Positions 1 through 15,580 are shown, numbered from the stretch's first letter. The stretch is 64,000 nucleotides of DNA from Anolis carolinensis (GCF_035594765.1 NC_085847.1:6572001-6636000); one strand, 5' to 3'. Made by a program: numbers and translations. The notes: generated from the sequence alone by a model not told the origin.

Positions 1-3000
1 CAACACTAAAGACTCTTAACCAGTACCAGAAATGAATTTTAAAATAGCTTTCTGTATCCTAAGGAGATGTGGTTTTCATTCTGTACATTTTTAGCCACCT
101 ATGTGTCCCCAGAGGGTGCCAGGGGCTGACAAATGACTGAAGTTCCCATCCTTGCCAATAGCCTGAGGAAGGTGGGCTTTGGAGTTAGATTCCTCTGGAG
201 GACTCTAGCCAGGGGATAGCTTGGGACAAATCTGGGGGGAAAACTTTGGAAGGACTTGACAGACTTGGGATGCAGTTTAACCTATCTGGGTGTCTCAGTT
301 TATTCCTCCTCCCAGCAAATCGAGACCGGGCTGGCAACTCCTGCCAACTATACAAAAGAGCTTGATCAGAAGTCAAGCTTTCAAAGTCATAATTTCAGTC
401 TTCTCAGTGGAAGTGTTAAACACTGATCACCAACCACACCAGCTCCATGTACGGCATTCCTTAGAATTACTAATTAATAATAAATAATTCAGCATTTTGC
501 CCAACCCCAAATTTGCTGATATCTCGGGCTATGATCCAAACAAAAAGCTCTTTGCAACCAAAAAAGACCAAACACCTGTCTAAATAACTAGAAGAGTATC
601 TGCTAACGGAAGGCAGGATGCATAACTATTGGTATGAATAACCCTATCATTTGGGAGGATGCATATGTGGCCATTGTTTGGGGTCTAGTCCCCAGCGGCC
701 GGCCAGGCAGTTCCTGGCTCAGATGTCTTTGGTCTGGGACTTACACAACCCAGATTGGAGATAATTGTAGGGGAAGCGGCTAGAGCTTAGTTATCTCAGG
801 AAAGCGAGACGCAAGGAGATTATGCTGGTCTCATCTCAAAGCCGTGGATCACCAGGTTGGTGTCTCCAAGGTGAATGTCATTTAATAGTTGGCTGCTTAC
901 CGGCTTAAGGTGCTTACGGGTTCCTGTCTAATCGTTTCTTTCATTTCCCACCTCTGATGACACAAGGCTTATTTCAGGATCGGAAAGCTGGCCTGTGCCG
1001 GGAGGGACACAATCCTGTCCGAGGCTTGCGGAGCTGTGGGCAACCTGGAGTAGGCCAGCCTTCCCTGTGACAGCAACAGAACAAAGCAATATCCTTTGAA
1101 CTGCCATGGTTCAATGCTATAGGATCCTGGGACTGTAATTTTACAAATCCTTGAGCTTTGCCTACCAAAGAGTGCTGGTGCCCCATCATGCTACAATTCC
1201 CAGGATTCCATAGCAGTTCAAGTGGTGTAAAGCTGCATTAACGCTACAATGTCCATGCACCCAGGGAGAGGTTTCTATGGTGCAAAAAGAATATATGTTG
1301 TATTTTACTATGTTATTTAACTATTTTAATTGTTGTATTATTTTATTGTATTATGATATACTGGTAGTGATCCTGCCAGTTGTGTAAGCCGCCCCAAGTC
1401 CCCTTGGGGAGAAGGGCGGGGTAGAAATATCAGAAATAAATAAAAAGAAGACCTGCTCAATATACATCTGCTAACCTTTCATCCAGTCCTAGCACTATGC
1501 ACATGGGAAACGAAAGAATCAGCCCTGCTAAGCCTTTTGGAAGCAAAGAAAACATTGTGTACTCTTCCCATCCGTTCTGCTTTGCCCAGCCGATGGGTCC
1601 ATGCCCTTGACCTAAAGAATTCCAGTGGGAGAAAAAAATACAGCATTCTTCCCCAAGGTTGACTCCAGCTTATGGGGCTTTCTTGGACAGTTCCAGTTCC
1701 AGCTTCCTGCGTTGTTAGCTGTAGATTTCAAGATGTCTTTACTTTCTTGTTCCTCCAAAATCATAGCGACAATTTTTTCAATGCTATGTGTACAGTAGTA
1801 TGTAGATGCACCTTTCAATGTTGAACCCTGTTCCGCCCCCACCACCCCTGGCAGAATAGATTCAGCACCTTGGAAAGAGACTATCAAGACAGAGGGTGCA
1901 TCTACACTGTGGAATGAATAGTTTGACACCACTTGAATGTCCACAGAATACTGGGAGTTGTAGTTTTACAAGATCTTGAGCCTTTTCTATGCAATAGAAT
2001 GGAACACACGGCCACAGAGGGTGGGTTATGGGCACCTTTTAGCATGCTTTAGTTGTGCATTTTTCCATGGCAGAATGGGGTCAGATTAGATGGCCTTTGT
2101 GGTCTCTCCCAACTCTAGGATTCTTAGTTCTGATTCAAGTGACAGGGCTGCTGTATTCTGCCATACTGCCTGCCACCCAAGCCGTAAATCCAGATCTATA
2201 AAACAGTGCCAGGACTTAGAAATATCAAGAAAGGAGACCATTGAGCCAAACAGACATGAAGTAACAATGGGTTGAGAAAGGTTTGCAGATGAATGCTCTC
2301 CTGGTACAGGCTCCTTTTTGTCCCTGGCTCTTGTGCCCACCACAGGTGTACGTGACGTGACCCGCCCTTCCCTTTCATGGGCATGGGAGTCCATCAAAGA
2401 CTTGCTTTTCCCAAGAAGGATTCCTTTCTAGTCTGGGCCTCCTTGTGAATCTGAAAAGGAGGGAGGAGAGACCTCCCAATGCCCCTGCTTCACTCTCTTT
2501 TCATGTGGAAATGAGAGAAAGATGGGAGACCCTTAGGGTCACCGGAGAAGGGCTGGACTCTTCAATGCCTTCTGGAGGAAAAGAGCCAGCCAATCGGTCC
2601 TTTCTTGGGGCTCTTTGTGTCCCAATTTGGCAGGGGCCGTCCAGATTACTCCTCTGCCATCCCACTGTTTGAGCTGCTTTTAAAAGGTCCCTGTTTCTCT
2701 CTTTTACAAAGCCTTGAGCTTTTTCTACCCAAGTGTGCGGGTGCCTTGCAAAACTACAACTCTTGGGATTCAACAGCATTTAGCTGTGACAGTTCAAGGA
2801 ATGTCAAATTGAATTCAATTGACGGTGTAGATCCAGCCCCAGTTTATGGCAACTGAAGTTAACTAAGGACAAAGGAGAGAGAAACCGGGATATTTAAAAA
2901 GCGACCAAGAAAGAGGGCCAAACGAGTCGGAATTGGCCCAAACTGGGACAGCTGGTGAGTCCGGCACTTTGCCATTCAAAGGACATCTTTCTCTTCTCCT

Positions 3001-3419
3001 CTGGAGCTGCTCCCTCGCCATCTCCTCTGATTACCCATTTTGAGAGATAGGGAGAACAAGTTGTTCTTTCGCTCCTGTCCTTTTGTGAGAAAAAGGTAAC
3101 GTCAGGCGGCCTTGTTCGTTGGAGAGGAGAAAAACAGCTCATTCTCTCCCCTCTCGCCTGTTCTGAGGGGGGGGGGGGAGAAACGTGGCACTCTCACCGG
3201 CCAAAACGCGCCAGGGCTTTGTGGGCGAGAGAGAACGCTCCTTTGTGATGGGGGAACAGGGCTGCCTGTTCCATTGGCAGGGACCCCGGGGCTGGTTGGT
3301 GCCCATCTATGGCGCAACGGGCAAACTGACTCGCTGGCAGGAGCAATGGGCTCATTGGATACAAGCTGGCGGTCAGAAAGAATGGTCACTTTAGGCCATG
3401 ATCAGCAGAGGCAAAGAAC

Positions 3420-3870
3420 ACTAGCTGTAGAAGGAAAGCAGTTGGACACCACTTTGACTGCCGTCACTTAATGCTACGGGATCCTGGGAGGTGTAGTTCC
3501 TTCTCTACCCAAACCATAACTCCCAGGATTCCATAGCATTGAGCCAGGGCAGTGACCCCACATGAACTGCTGTGGATCAATGCTGTGGAGTGGTGGGCTT
3601 TGTAGTTTGATGAGGCACCAGCACTCCTTGGCTGAGGAGACCTTGAAAGACTACAACTCCCAGAATCCCAAAGCATCGAGCCATGGCAGCTTAAGTGAGG
3701 TCAAATTGCATTCATTCTACATTGTAGATCAGGCATGGGGAAACTTTGGCCCTCCAGGTCTCTCACAACTCTCACAATTGCTAACTGCTGGTAGACTGTA
3801 AGGAATGGTGGGAGTTGAAGTCCAAAACACCTGGAGGGCCAGCATTTGCCGGTGCCTGGTGTAGATGCAC
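3420..3870. mobile_element. Non-autonomous palindromic DNA-transposon (MITE) fragments; many more copies across the window (e.g. 1100-1263, 1890-1990, 24480-24880, 37390-38020, 51410-51560)
   Basis: Recurring GGGTGCATCTACAC / GTGTAGATGCACC ends and internal CTGGGAGTTGTAGTTT / AAACTACAACTCCCAG inverted modules. Family not identified. Confidence 0.6.
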
Positions 3871-4469
3871 CCTCAGTGGAGGGAGAGCAGAGGATGAAAG
3901 GCGGGAGGAAGAATCTTGCCTTTCCCAGTGGGCTCAGGCAAAAGCAAACTGCTGCAAACTCCCCTAGCTTATGCAACTTTCCTGTCCATAAGAACTTTTT
4001 GCTTTCTGAGGATGCTCAGCCCCTTGCACCTCAGTTTCCAGGTGCCAAAGGTTAGAGCTTGTGCGTGCAATGTATATTTGGCCCACTCCGTCCCAGGCAA
4101 ACAAGCCCGTGAAGGCCAAGGGACTCCACCTGCCCCCTTGGGCTGGCTCTCTTGAAAGCATGGGCTGAGCGGTGCCCTCCTCTCCCCCTGAAACCCCTCC
4201 TCCAGAGACCCAGTTCCCAGGGTCTTCGCATGAAGATTTGCACAGTCCTCAGCCAGCCAGCCGGCTTGAAAGGCAGGACAATGGCATTCCACAGGCCTCC
4301 CCTTCTTCCCCCCTGGGCCCCTTGCACAAGGGACCGAAGAGAAAGAGGAGGGGAGGGCCTGCCAGATTGCAAGGGGCAAAGAGGTGGAGAGCCAGCCAGG
4401 GATTTCCAGACATACAAGAAAGGGAGGAGGACGACGACCAGAAAAGACCAAACACCTTGATGATTTTCC

Positions 4470-4502
<33 letters not shown>

Positions 4503-5089
4503 TCAATGCAGGGCTCCAAATACAGTATCCAGTACCCTAGTGGGGTTTGTTACCCAGACCACTGTCACAAATGACAAACCAAGGCATCTTGGGTGAGTCA
4601 CACTCTCTCAGCCTCCCCTCAAACAAATCTGGGATAGGTTCACATACGTCAGCAACAACTCGGGGTGCATCTACACTGTCGAAGGAACGCAGTTTGACAC
4701 CAGTTGAACCACCATGGCTCTATACTATGGCATAATCCTGGAAGCTGTCGTTTGGTGAGGCGCCAGTCCTCTTCGGCAGAGAAGGCAAGAGATTACCACA
4801 GACAACATTTGCAATCCAATGCGCCAAAGTTGAAACCGGGACGACGACTGTGGAACCAGTTTAAAACCTAAACCATTACAAAAGAACATGAGAAAAGCCC
4901 GAGACTCTCCCATGTCACCCTGCAAAGGACATGGCTTTGAGTTGGCCAGGCGCATCACCTGAAGCGCGGTCCTGCTTCGGAGAGCGAATGGCCAGCCTGC
5001 CATCTCATTGCACCTTCGGGTACTGCAACGGAGCGGACCCATGCTTTTATCCCTGGGTCTAGTCTGGGAAGGCCTGAGAAATTCAGGGC

Positions 5090-5245
5090 CATCCCTAGAC
5101 TTTCCACAGATATATATTAACCTCTTTGCTTAGTTTTCTCCATACCTCACAACCTCTGAGGATGCCTGCCCTAGATGTGGGTGAAACGTCAGGAGAGAAT
5201 GCTTCTGGAACATGGCCACACAGCCCGAAAGACATACAACAACCC
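5090..5245 (+). mobile_element. Penelope-like element terminal fragment with hammerhead ribozyme motif
   Basis: CCTCTGAGGATGCCTGCC...GTGGGTGAAACGTCAGGAGAGAATGCTTCTGGAACATGGCC; five related copies in the window. Confidence 0.75.
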
Positions 5246-5593
5246 TTCAGGGCCATTGTCTGCCTTTGGGAATTGGATCTCCCCACCTTCATGTCTTCAT
5301 TCAAGTCTAAAGAGAATTGGAAGTGCCACCCTCACCTCCTTTTCCCAACAGAACCCTTTGGCCAATAGGTTTCTCTTGTCCAAATTGTGTCCTTCCAAAA
5401 AGTGGCAAATCCCCAGGTTTTTTCTTCTGGGTTTTATATTGGAATTTCTCCAGACCTTACTTAAAAAGCTTTGATATTTTACTTTGGAAACACAGACTCC
5501 AAATGGTCACTATAGTGGTATAGTACAATCTAGTAATATATAATACTAATATTGTGCTATGTTAATAATATATTATATAGACATATAATATAT

Positions 5594-5926
5594 GCCCCGA
5601 TGGCGCAGCGGGTTAAACTGCTGAGCTACTGAACTTGCTGAACAAAAGGTTGGTGGCTCGAATCCGGGCAGTGGGGTGAGCTCCCACTATTAGCCCCAGC
5701 TTCTGCCAACCTAGCAGATCGAAAACATGCCAATGTGAGTAGATCAATAGGTACCGCTCTGGCGGGAAGGTAACCCTGGCGCTCCATGCAGTCATGCCAG
5801 TGGCCACATGACCTTGGAGGTGTCTACGAACAACGCTGGCTCTTTGGCTTAGAAATGGAGATGAGCACCAACTCCCAGAGTCAGACACGACTGGACTTAA
5901 CATCAGGGGAAAGCTTTACCTTTACT
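5594..5926 (+). mobile_element. Sauria SINE, near full length
   Basis: tRNA-like head (GGCGCAGCGGGTTAA...GGCTCGAATCC), core GCTTCTGCCAACCTAGCAG...GTGAGTAGATCAATAGGTACC, BovB-like tail ending GGGGAAAGCTTTACCTTTAC. Confidence 0.85.
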
Positions 5927-5932
5927 ATAGAC

Positions 5933-5966
<34 letters not shown>

Positions 5967-5984
5967 GGTTTCCTCCTTTTTGTT

Positions 5985-6132
5985 GAAATTGTCCACATGC
6001 TTGTGGATTTCAATGGCTTCTCTCCAGCAGACCTCCCAACCTCTGAGGGTGCCTGCCATAGATGTGGGCAAAACGTCAGGAGAGAATGCTTCTGGAACAT
6101 GGCCAGTCAGCCCAGAAAACTCACAGCAACCC
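5985..6132 (+). mobile_element. Penelope-like element fragment
   Basis: High similarity to 5140-5245. Confidence 0.7.
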
Positions 6133-6200
6133 AAAGATAATACTGTTTCATTATTGTATATGTCGATTTTAAGTTGTGATGTTTTTAATTGTGAGCCGCT

Positions 6201-6202
<2 letters not shown>

Positions 6203-6289
<87 letters not shown>
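6203..6289. repeat. Compound microsatellite (AAT)n(AAG)n
   Basis: Directly visible; other (TTA/AAT)n tracts at ~5936-5967, 7099-7122, 7640-7670 and 50820-50845. Confidence 0.95.
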
Positions 6290-6290
<1 letters not shown>

Positions 6291-6479
6291 TTATTTATAT
6301 CCCGCCTCCATCTCCCCCGAAGGGGACTCGGGGCGGCTTACAGCAAAATCAAAATACAAACAATGATAAAATATAAAACATCTGTATGGAGAGAGACAGC
6401 GGGATATCAATCAACAAATAAAACATTGAGAAGCTCTAATAATTGAAGTCTATGGGCAGTACTGAACGAACCCGGAATT

Positions 6480-6840
6480 CGCCGCCCCCTTGTGATTCTA
6501 ATTGTTACAGCTCTGTGTTAAGAGTGCGGTAAGAAGGCGGCTCCATGATGCAATTAGTCAGCGCCGGCTTGCCGTCGTCGCATTTCCGGTTCCGGTCGAG
6601 AGCGGAGCCTGAGGAGAAGGAGGAAAAGGACATGGCGGCCATGGCAGCTTCGGCGCTCGGCAAGCTCTCCCGGCAGGTGGCGGCGCCGGCTCCGCAGGCC
6701 GGGCTGAGGCGGTTCTTGTCGGCCACGGCGGGGCATGGAGAGGGAGGCTCCGGTAGGCTAGGCCGCGGCGCCGGGGCCTCGACCGGGTGACCTTGCGGGG
6801 AAGGGGGGGGGGGGGCGACTACATTTCCCAGAATCCACAG
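6480..6840 (+). promoter_or_regulatory. COX6A1 CpG-island promoter
   Basis: CpG-rich; tandem ETS/GABP cores TTTCCGGTTCCGG (~6583-6595); YY1-like ATGGCGGC over the start codon; ZNF143-type ACTACATTTCCCAGAATCC at 6818-6836. Confidence 0.75.
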
Positions 6841-7639
6841 TTCTTGAGGGAAAACGAGCCTTCCTAGGCTTTGGGCCTGGTCCCCTTCTCTTCGTTGGCC
6901 TCCCTTCAGATGAAACATTTCTCATTTGAATTCAGACAGGCTTTGGAAATAGCAACCGAACTGTTTTTCAGAGCTTTGGATCTTTTCAAAATTCCATGTT
7001 ATGCTTTTCTTGCTTGAATCTCAATTAAAATTCAGACTCAACTTTAAATTCAGCACTAGTATCTTGGCCAGTTTTTAATTATATCTTGAATAATACCAAT
7101 AATAATAATAATAATAATAATATAAGAATTAGTTTTATTTCTATCTCCCGCCCCTTCTCCCCAAAGGGACTCGGGGAGGCTCACAAGAAAAAAACAAAAG
7201 GCTGCAAATCAAAAACAAAACACAATAAATTAAGGATAAAACAATAAACATAGTTAAAACAGGGTTGCTATGCGTTTTCCGAGCTGTCTGGCCATGTTCC
7301 GGGAGCATTGTCTTCTGATGTTTTGCCCACATCTATGGCAGGCATCCTCAGAAGTTGAGAATTCTGCTGGAAACTTGGCAAGTGGGGTTTATATACCTGT
7401 AGAATAATGTCCAGGGTGAGGGAAAGAACTCTTGTTTGTTGGAGGCGAGTGGGAATGTTGCCATTGGCCAGCTTGATTAGCACTGAATAGCCTTGCAGCT
7501 TCAAAGCCTGGCTGCTTCCTGTCTGAGGGAAATTGACATGGCAAGATGGTTGAGGTAACTAGCAGCCTGCAAATCTCCATTCTATTAAAGGCTACTCTTG
7601 CTGCAAAGTTTCCCCATCTTTAACGCCTGTGTCATATTC

Positions 7640-7674
<35 letters not shown>

Positions 7675-8919
7675 TCATTTCTATCCTGCTCTTCTCACCC
7701 CGCAGGGGACTCAGGGCGGCGTACAACATGCATTTAGGCAAAAATTCAATGCCTCATTATACAAAGCAAGTAAAGCATAACATAAAATCAATAGAAACAA
7801 TCAACATATACAATTTAAAACCATTAACATTAAGACATTAAAACATAAAAACAGCATCTAGATACACTCTACTAGCCCCTCCCCATCATGATCTTAAGGT
7901 CTTCTTTCACTCTCTTCTAATGTTAATAGGATGCACTGTATCCTAAGGACAGCAATATTGGTAATGATACTAGTGTTAAGGATGAATAGGCCACCAATAT
8001 TATGTTCTTGTGTGTTTGTTTCCTCTCTTGTAGCCCGCACCTGGAAGATCCTGAGCTTTGTGGTTGCCCTTCCTGGGGTTGCCGTCTGCATGCTGAACTG
8101 CTATCTGAAGGCTCAGCATGAACACGAGAGGCCCGAGTTCATTCCCTACTCGCACCTTCGCATCCGGACCAAGGTATTTGACTCACATCATTCCTAAGCA
8201 ACTCTTCTTCTTTGGCCCTGGTGCCCAGTTTGAAAGCTAAACACAGTTATTAATCCCAGACCCATTGAATCAATGAAACTGATGCCAGTGTCCCTAATCA
8301 TCATGTGAATCTAGCCTAGGTGATGGCAGAGCCACTGACTCGCATGGGTTTACCTATGGGTTACCTCGCCATCCAGCACTAGTGTAGTTTGAGATTGACC
8401 CAGATGCCAGATTTAAGAATTTTAAACATCTTCCAACTTGTAAGATTGGTATTTGTAAATTTTGAATATGTTTTTAAACCGTTTTGAGGATTTTCACTGT
8501 TCATTTTTCATTAATACCACTGATGTTTAATTCTATTTTAATGTTTGTATATATTTGGATTTTAAACTGTATTGAAATGCTTTTCACATAAGCCACTTTG
8601 AGTCTCCTTTGTGGAGAGAAAAAGCAGGGTATAAATAAACATTATCATCATCATAATCTTGTATAGTAGCCAGTTAAAAAGATTGTAAAAATTTAGATGC
8701 TCCAGGTTCTTCTTTTGTGTCTTTCCACCTTCAGACAACACTGTCTAGTCCTTCTGCTTGTGGGAGACTCTTTTCTCAAATGGGTTTTTACAAAGTGATG
8801 TGTGGAAACGGCCCTTTCTTGTCTCTCAACAGCCCTTCCCTTGGGGTGACGGGAACCATACTCTTTTCCATAACCCCCATGTTAATGCACTCCCAACCGG
8901 CTATGAAGACGACCATTAA
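6632..8919 (+). CDS. COX6A1: Cytochrome c oxidase subunit 6A1, 115 aa, 3 coding exons: 6632-6752, 8034-8173, 8833-8919
   Basis: Spliced translation [15 protein letters not shown]...[81 protein letters not shown] matches the COX6A family. GT-AG introns with consistent phases (121+140+87 nt). AATAAA at 9075-9080. Adjacency to TRIAP1/GATC indicates 6A1 rather than 6A2. Confidence 0.96.
7262..7535 (-). mobile_element. Penelope-like element fragment in COX6A1 intron 1
   Basis: Reverse-complement copy of the same family; shares ~270 nt with 53700-53965. Confidence 0.75.
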
Positions 8920-11342
8920 GTGAACGGACCACTGGCCTGTAAGGACCATTGAAGGTAGCTGGACCAGAACCTAAGCTGGGACCCACTAATATAAATGTTC
9001 TGCATTCCATGTACTGTCCAATTATGAATGGCGTTCTGACCTCTGGCAGCGTTTTGCTGGAGGCCACTTAAAAAAATAAAATACATCTGTTCAAGCTTTC
9101 CTCTGAATTCTGCTTCTCTGATATATTCTTTGAGCCAATGTGGAGGGAATGCATTGGTGCAGCAGTGTTAAGAGAAAGCGTCCTGCTGCAGTAGTTAAAG
9201 ATCCTCTTAGGAGACAAGTTCAAATAAGGAAATAGTATAGGGCTACCCCACCACAATCTAGAAGGCACCAACATCCTTCTGAAACGTCCGCACCACATGA
9301 ATTTGTCTGACTATTTAAATTGATAGATCAAATATGTTTGATTAAAGTTTCTGAACAAGAAAACTCTCCTGAATGCCTATGAAAGAAAATCCACAGCAAA
9401 CTAGGTGTTTAGTATTATAAACGTTGGTACATTTCTATTGACTCCACTTAGAATTGCTTCCAACTCCACAGCCCAAAGCCTGAGTGGGTAGATGCCTTTT
9501 CAATCAATGCATACAGCTATTTGATTGTCGGCTTTTCAGGAGGGGCTGTATTTTTCTCTGAGGTTGCTGTTTATGAATCCTGGCCCATGTGGCAACATGA
9601 AGGGAACATGCTTACTAAACAGTCCTGCCAAGAAGGCTGCAAACTCAGGGAATGAACTTGTGGTTTGTCCATAAGTTAAACATCTTTGCCCTCCTCATTG
9701 TAATACCCCCCCCCCCCAAAAAAGTACAGCCCACAACAAGATACTGCAGTTCTACATTTTATTTGCCAAATTCAAGTCCCATTATTGCCCATAGCAGAAC
9801 ACAGACACAGACATACAGAGCAGCTTGACTATAAGGCACTTTCTGTGGCAAGAAATGTCTACAGCAGCAGCCACAATCAGGGAGCCTTTTTTCCTTCTCT
9901 ATGAAGAACAGAAAGATCATTTCCAGTTTGGAGGGTGCCTTGGGTGAGCGGTTTGTTTCCCAATAGCAACTTCCCAGGTCTTTGGGGGAGGGGGGAGGAA
10001 TCAAAGTACTCCAGAACATGTGTTTGGTAAGCATCCCTTCCCAGATGTCAGCTTTCCACTACTACTGTGATTCCTCCCAACCTGGAATGGAATTTGCTGG
10101 CAAGGTCCAAGCCAACAGACTGGACAGGGTCCTCTAGACTCTCAAGCACACCCAGATGGATGCCTCGATAAGGGAAGGAGAGGGATAACATGTTATCATT
10201 AGCACTGAACTAAAACCTAGCCCCTGCTACAAAAGCCTGGCGTGGCTGGAAGCAAAGAGATGCAAGGATTTTGCCTCTTGCGAGAGACCGTGGGCAAGAA
10301 GACAAAAAAGTGCCGCATGCAAAGCTCTCATCCCAAGTTGTAGCCTTGAGTGGCTTGAGCTTCGCTTCCTTGGGACCACGAGAGGGCATCACAACGAGCA
10401 CGGCAAGCACTTGGATTGGGGAAGAAATCATGAGGAGTTATTCTAGATAATCTAGATATTGGACTGCAACCTGCAGCATTTTTCACTTCTGGTTAAACCA
10501 GCTAGGACTAATAGGCATTGCAGCCCAATAGATGGAAGATCACAACACTCACCTCAGATTTATATCTTAAGATAGCAACCCACTTGCCTTCCCTCCCAGA
10601 TTTCCTTTTATGATATGGAGGCAGGCTGTTAAAATGAAGCTGGCTCATTTAAACCAGCTATGAATCTGGATTGACACCTATAGGCCCCTCATTTGTGCCC
10701 TCTGCTTACTGATGCATGAGGTGCAGAAGTGGAATGGTACCCACTGCTCTTTGTCATTCTTAAAGGGACAAGAAATATAATCATGTTCACCTATCCTTGT
10801 TTTTCACTAGCCAATCCTGATAGCTGGACAAAAGTTCTAAGCACATTTCTTTTGTCAAGTATGGACCTAGAACTTTCCCATACAGGAGGGAAGATTATGA
10901 ATAAATAATCATGCCGAAAGGATACAATCAATTTCAGAAGCATAATTCTCCTTGGATGCTACATTTTTAAACCCTGCTGCAGCTGAAGGGGAGGCCTTTC
11001 TGGAGAGTTTTGGGAGGGACAGAGAAGATTGACGGAGACAGTCCACCAAAACAGATTGATCCAGTCACCAACCAGACCCTCAGACAGTCCTTTGACAGCA
11101 AAGTTCCCAGAAATCAAAGCGAGCATACGTCATCCCTATAGCTCTCCCTGATTATGCGGTTAAAAATACATTCAGTTGAAAATCGGAAACCCTTCCCCAA
11201 GTGTCAGTAAAAATGGAGATACAACGACAGGATTCGAGGGGAGGCAAATCCTGGGGTTTCAGTTCGTCATCTGCTCCGAAAGGCTTTGCCCGTTTGCCAG
11301 CGCTTGAAAGATCCTTTTCCAGCCCCCCCCCCCCCCCAGCGG

Positions 11343-14337
<2,995 letters not shown>

Positions 14338-14679
14338 GCCGGACTGCCGCCAGTTAGTTTTTCTGGGAATTCAATCTCTCTAACATGACTGTTCTTGAGT
14401 ATGGGATATATGCTTAGAATGTCAGATCTAGTCTAGCATTAAGTGTATCTCTACCCATTTAAGTTGGGCCTGGCTATACTTAAAAGGGAATCTTTGATTA
14501 TGGCCAAAGGAAAAGGGGGGGGGAAAGCACCCTATATTCGGAAGAGGGCCCACTTTAGAAGCATGGAATGAGGACAGAGCTGCAAGAACGCTCCGAAAAA
14601 TGTGTGTAAATAAAGAACAGACTTTGTTTGTCACATCCCATCTCAATTTGTAACTTAAAAGGGGAGATAAAATGAATTA

Positions 14680-14999
14680 CAGTAGAGTCTCACTTATCCA
14701 AGATAAACAGGCCGGCAGAACATTGGATAAGCAAAAATCTTGGATAATAAGGAGGGATTAAGAAAAAAAGCCTATTAAACATAAAATTACATTATGATTT
14801 TACAAATTAAGCACCAAAACATCATGTTTTACAAGAAATTGACAGAAAAAGCAGTTCAATACACAGTAATGTTATGTAGTAATTACTGCATTTACGAATT
14901 TAGCACCAAAACATTGCAACATTTACTACAAAAACAATGACTGCTAAAAGGCAGACTGCCTTGCATAATACAGAACTTTGGATAAGTGAGACTCTACTG
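14680..14999. mobile_element. Tc1/mariner (Tigger-like) MITE
   Basis: Same TIRs as 13212-13632, flanked by TA on both sides. Confidence 0.9.
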
Positions 15000-15580
15000 T
15001 AACTGTGAGAAGTAGCCTCTGAAGGCATCTGCTGGTAGAGGAGTCTTTTGGTAACGCTGTATGCTTTTAAAGTCCTCTGGTCCGTCTTTCCTGCCTAACA
15101 GTCAGCCTCTAAAACTAGGGAAAGTTTGAAAATGTATGAAATGTCATCAGTGCTCTCACATAAAAACTGGGAGTGCGTTATATCTTAAAATATGGTCGTA
15201 TTTCCCCTGCATTCAAGTTTGGTGTGTGTGTATAAAAACAAGCTGTCATAGCTTTCAAGGAACGGGATGCATTGATCAGTGTCTGAAAGAGCAACATACG
15301 TTAAAAGAAGCCAATATTTTTTAATACACAAACAGAAACACTCCATGTCAAAATACCACAAAGACAAGGAATCGCAAAGTAACTGGGGAAAAACTGTTAA
15401 AAGTGAATTATCAATGCTCGGTCAGCTCTGTATAAAAACTATAGAGCTGCTGTTTACTAAACAATCTGTATTTCAACAGTTTGAATAGGCAATCTATTTC
15501 AGAATAGGAAGGTCAGTAGCACTCTGCTGTAGAAACGTATATAGGAAACACTTTGTGAAATTGAAAGCCATTTCCTCCAT

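Noticed and set aside
540-1000. Possible LTR fragment
   Set aside because: No TG...CA pair, PBS, PPT or second copy identifiable by eye.
562-4457. Exact 16-mer AAAAGACCAAACACCT at ~562 and ~4442
   Set aside because: About one such match is expected by chance in 64 kb; flanks are unrelated.
5594-5680. tRNA gene (A and B box-like motifs)
   Set aside because: It is the head of a Sauria SINE and continues into SINE core and tail.
5126-6204. Recurrent peptide MPAxDVGxTSGENASGTW in several short ORFs
   Set aside because: Translation of the Penelope terminal repeat and hammerhead region, not a host gene family.
6176-6376. Poly-Asn/poly-Lys ORF
   Set aside because: Translation of the (AAT)n(AAG)n microsatellite.
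6503-6530. U7 snRNA-like start (GTTACAGCTCT)
   Set aside because: Lacks the AATTTGTCTAG Sm site and the 3' hairpin.
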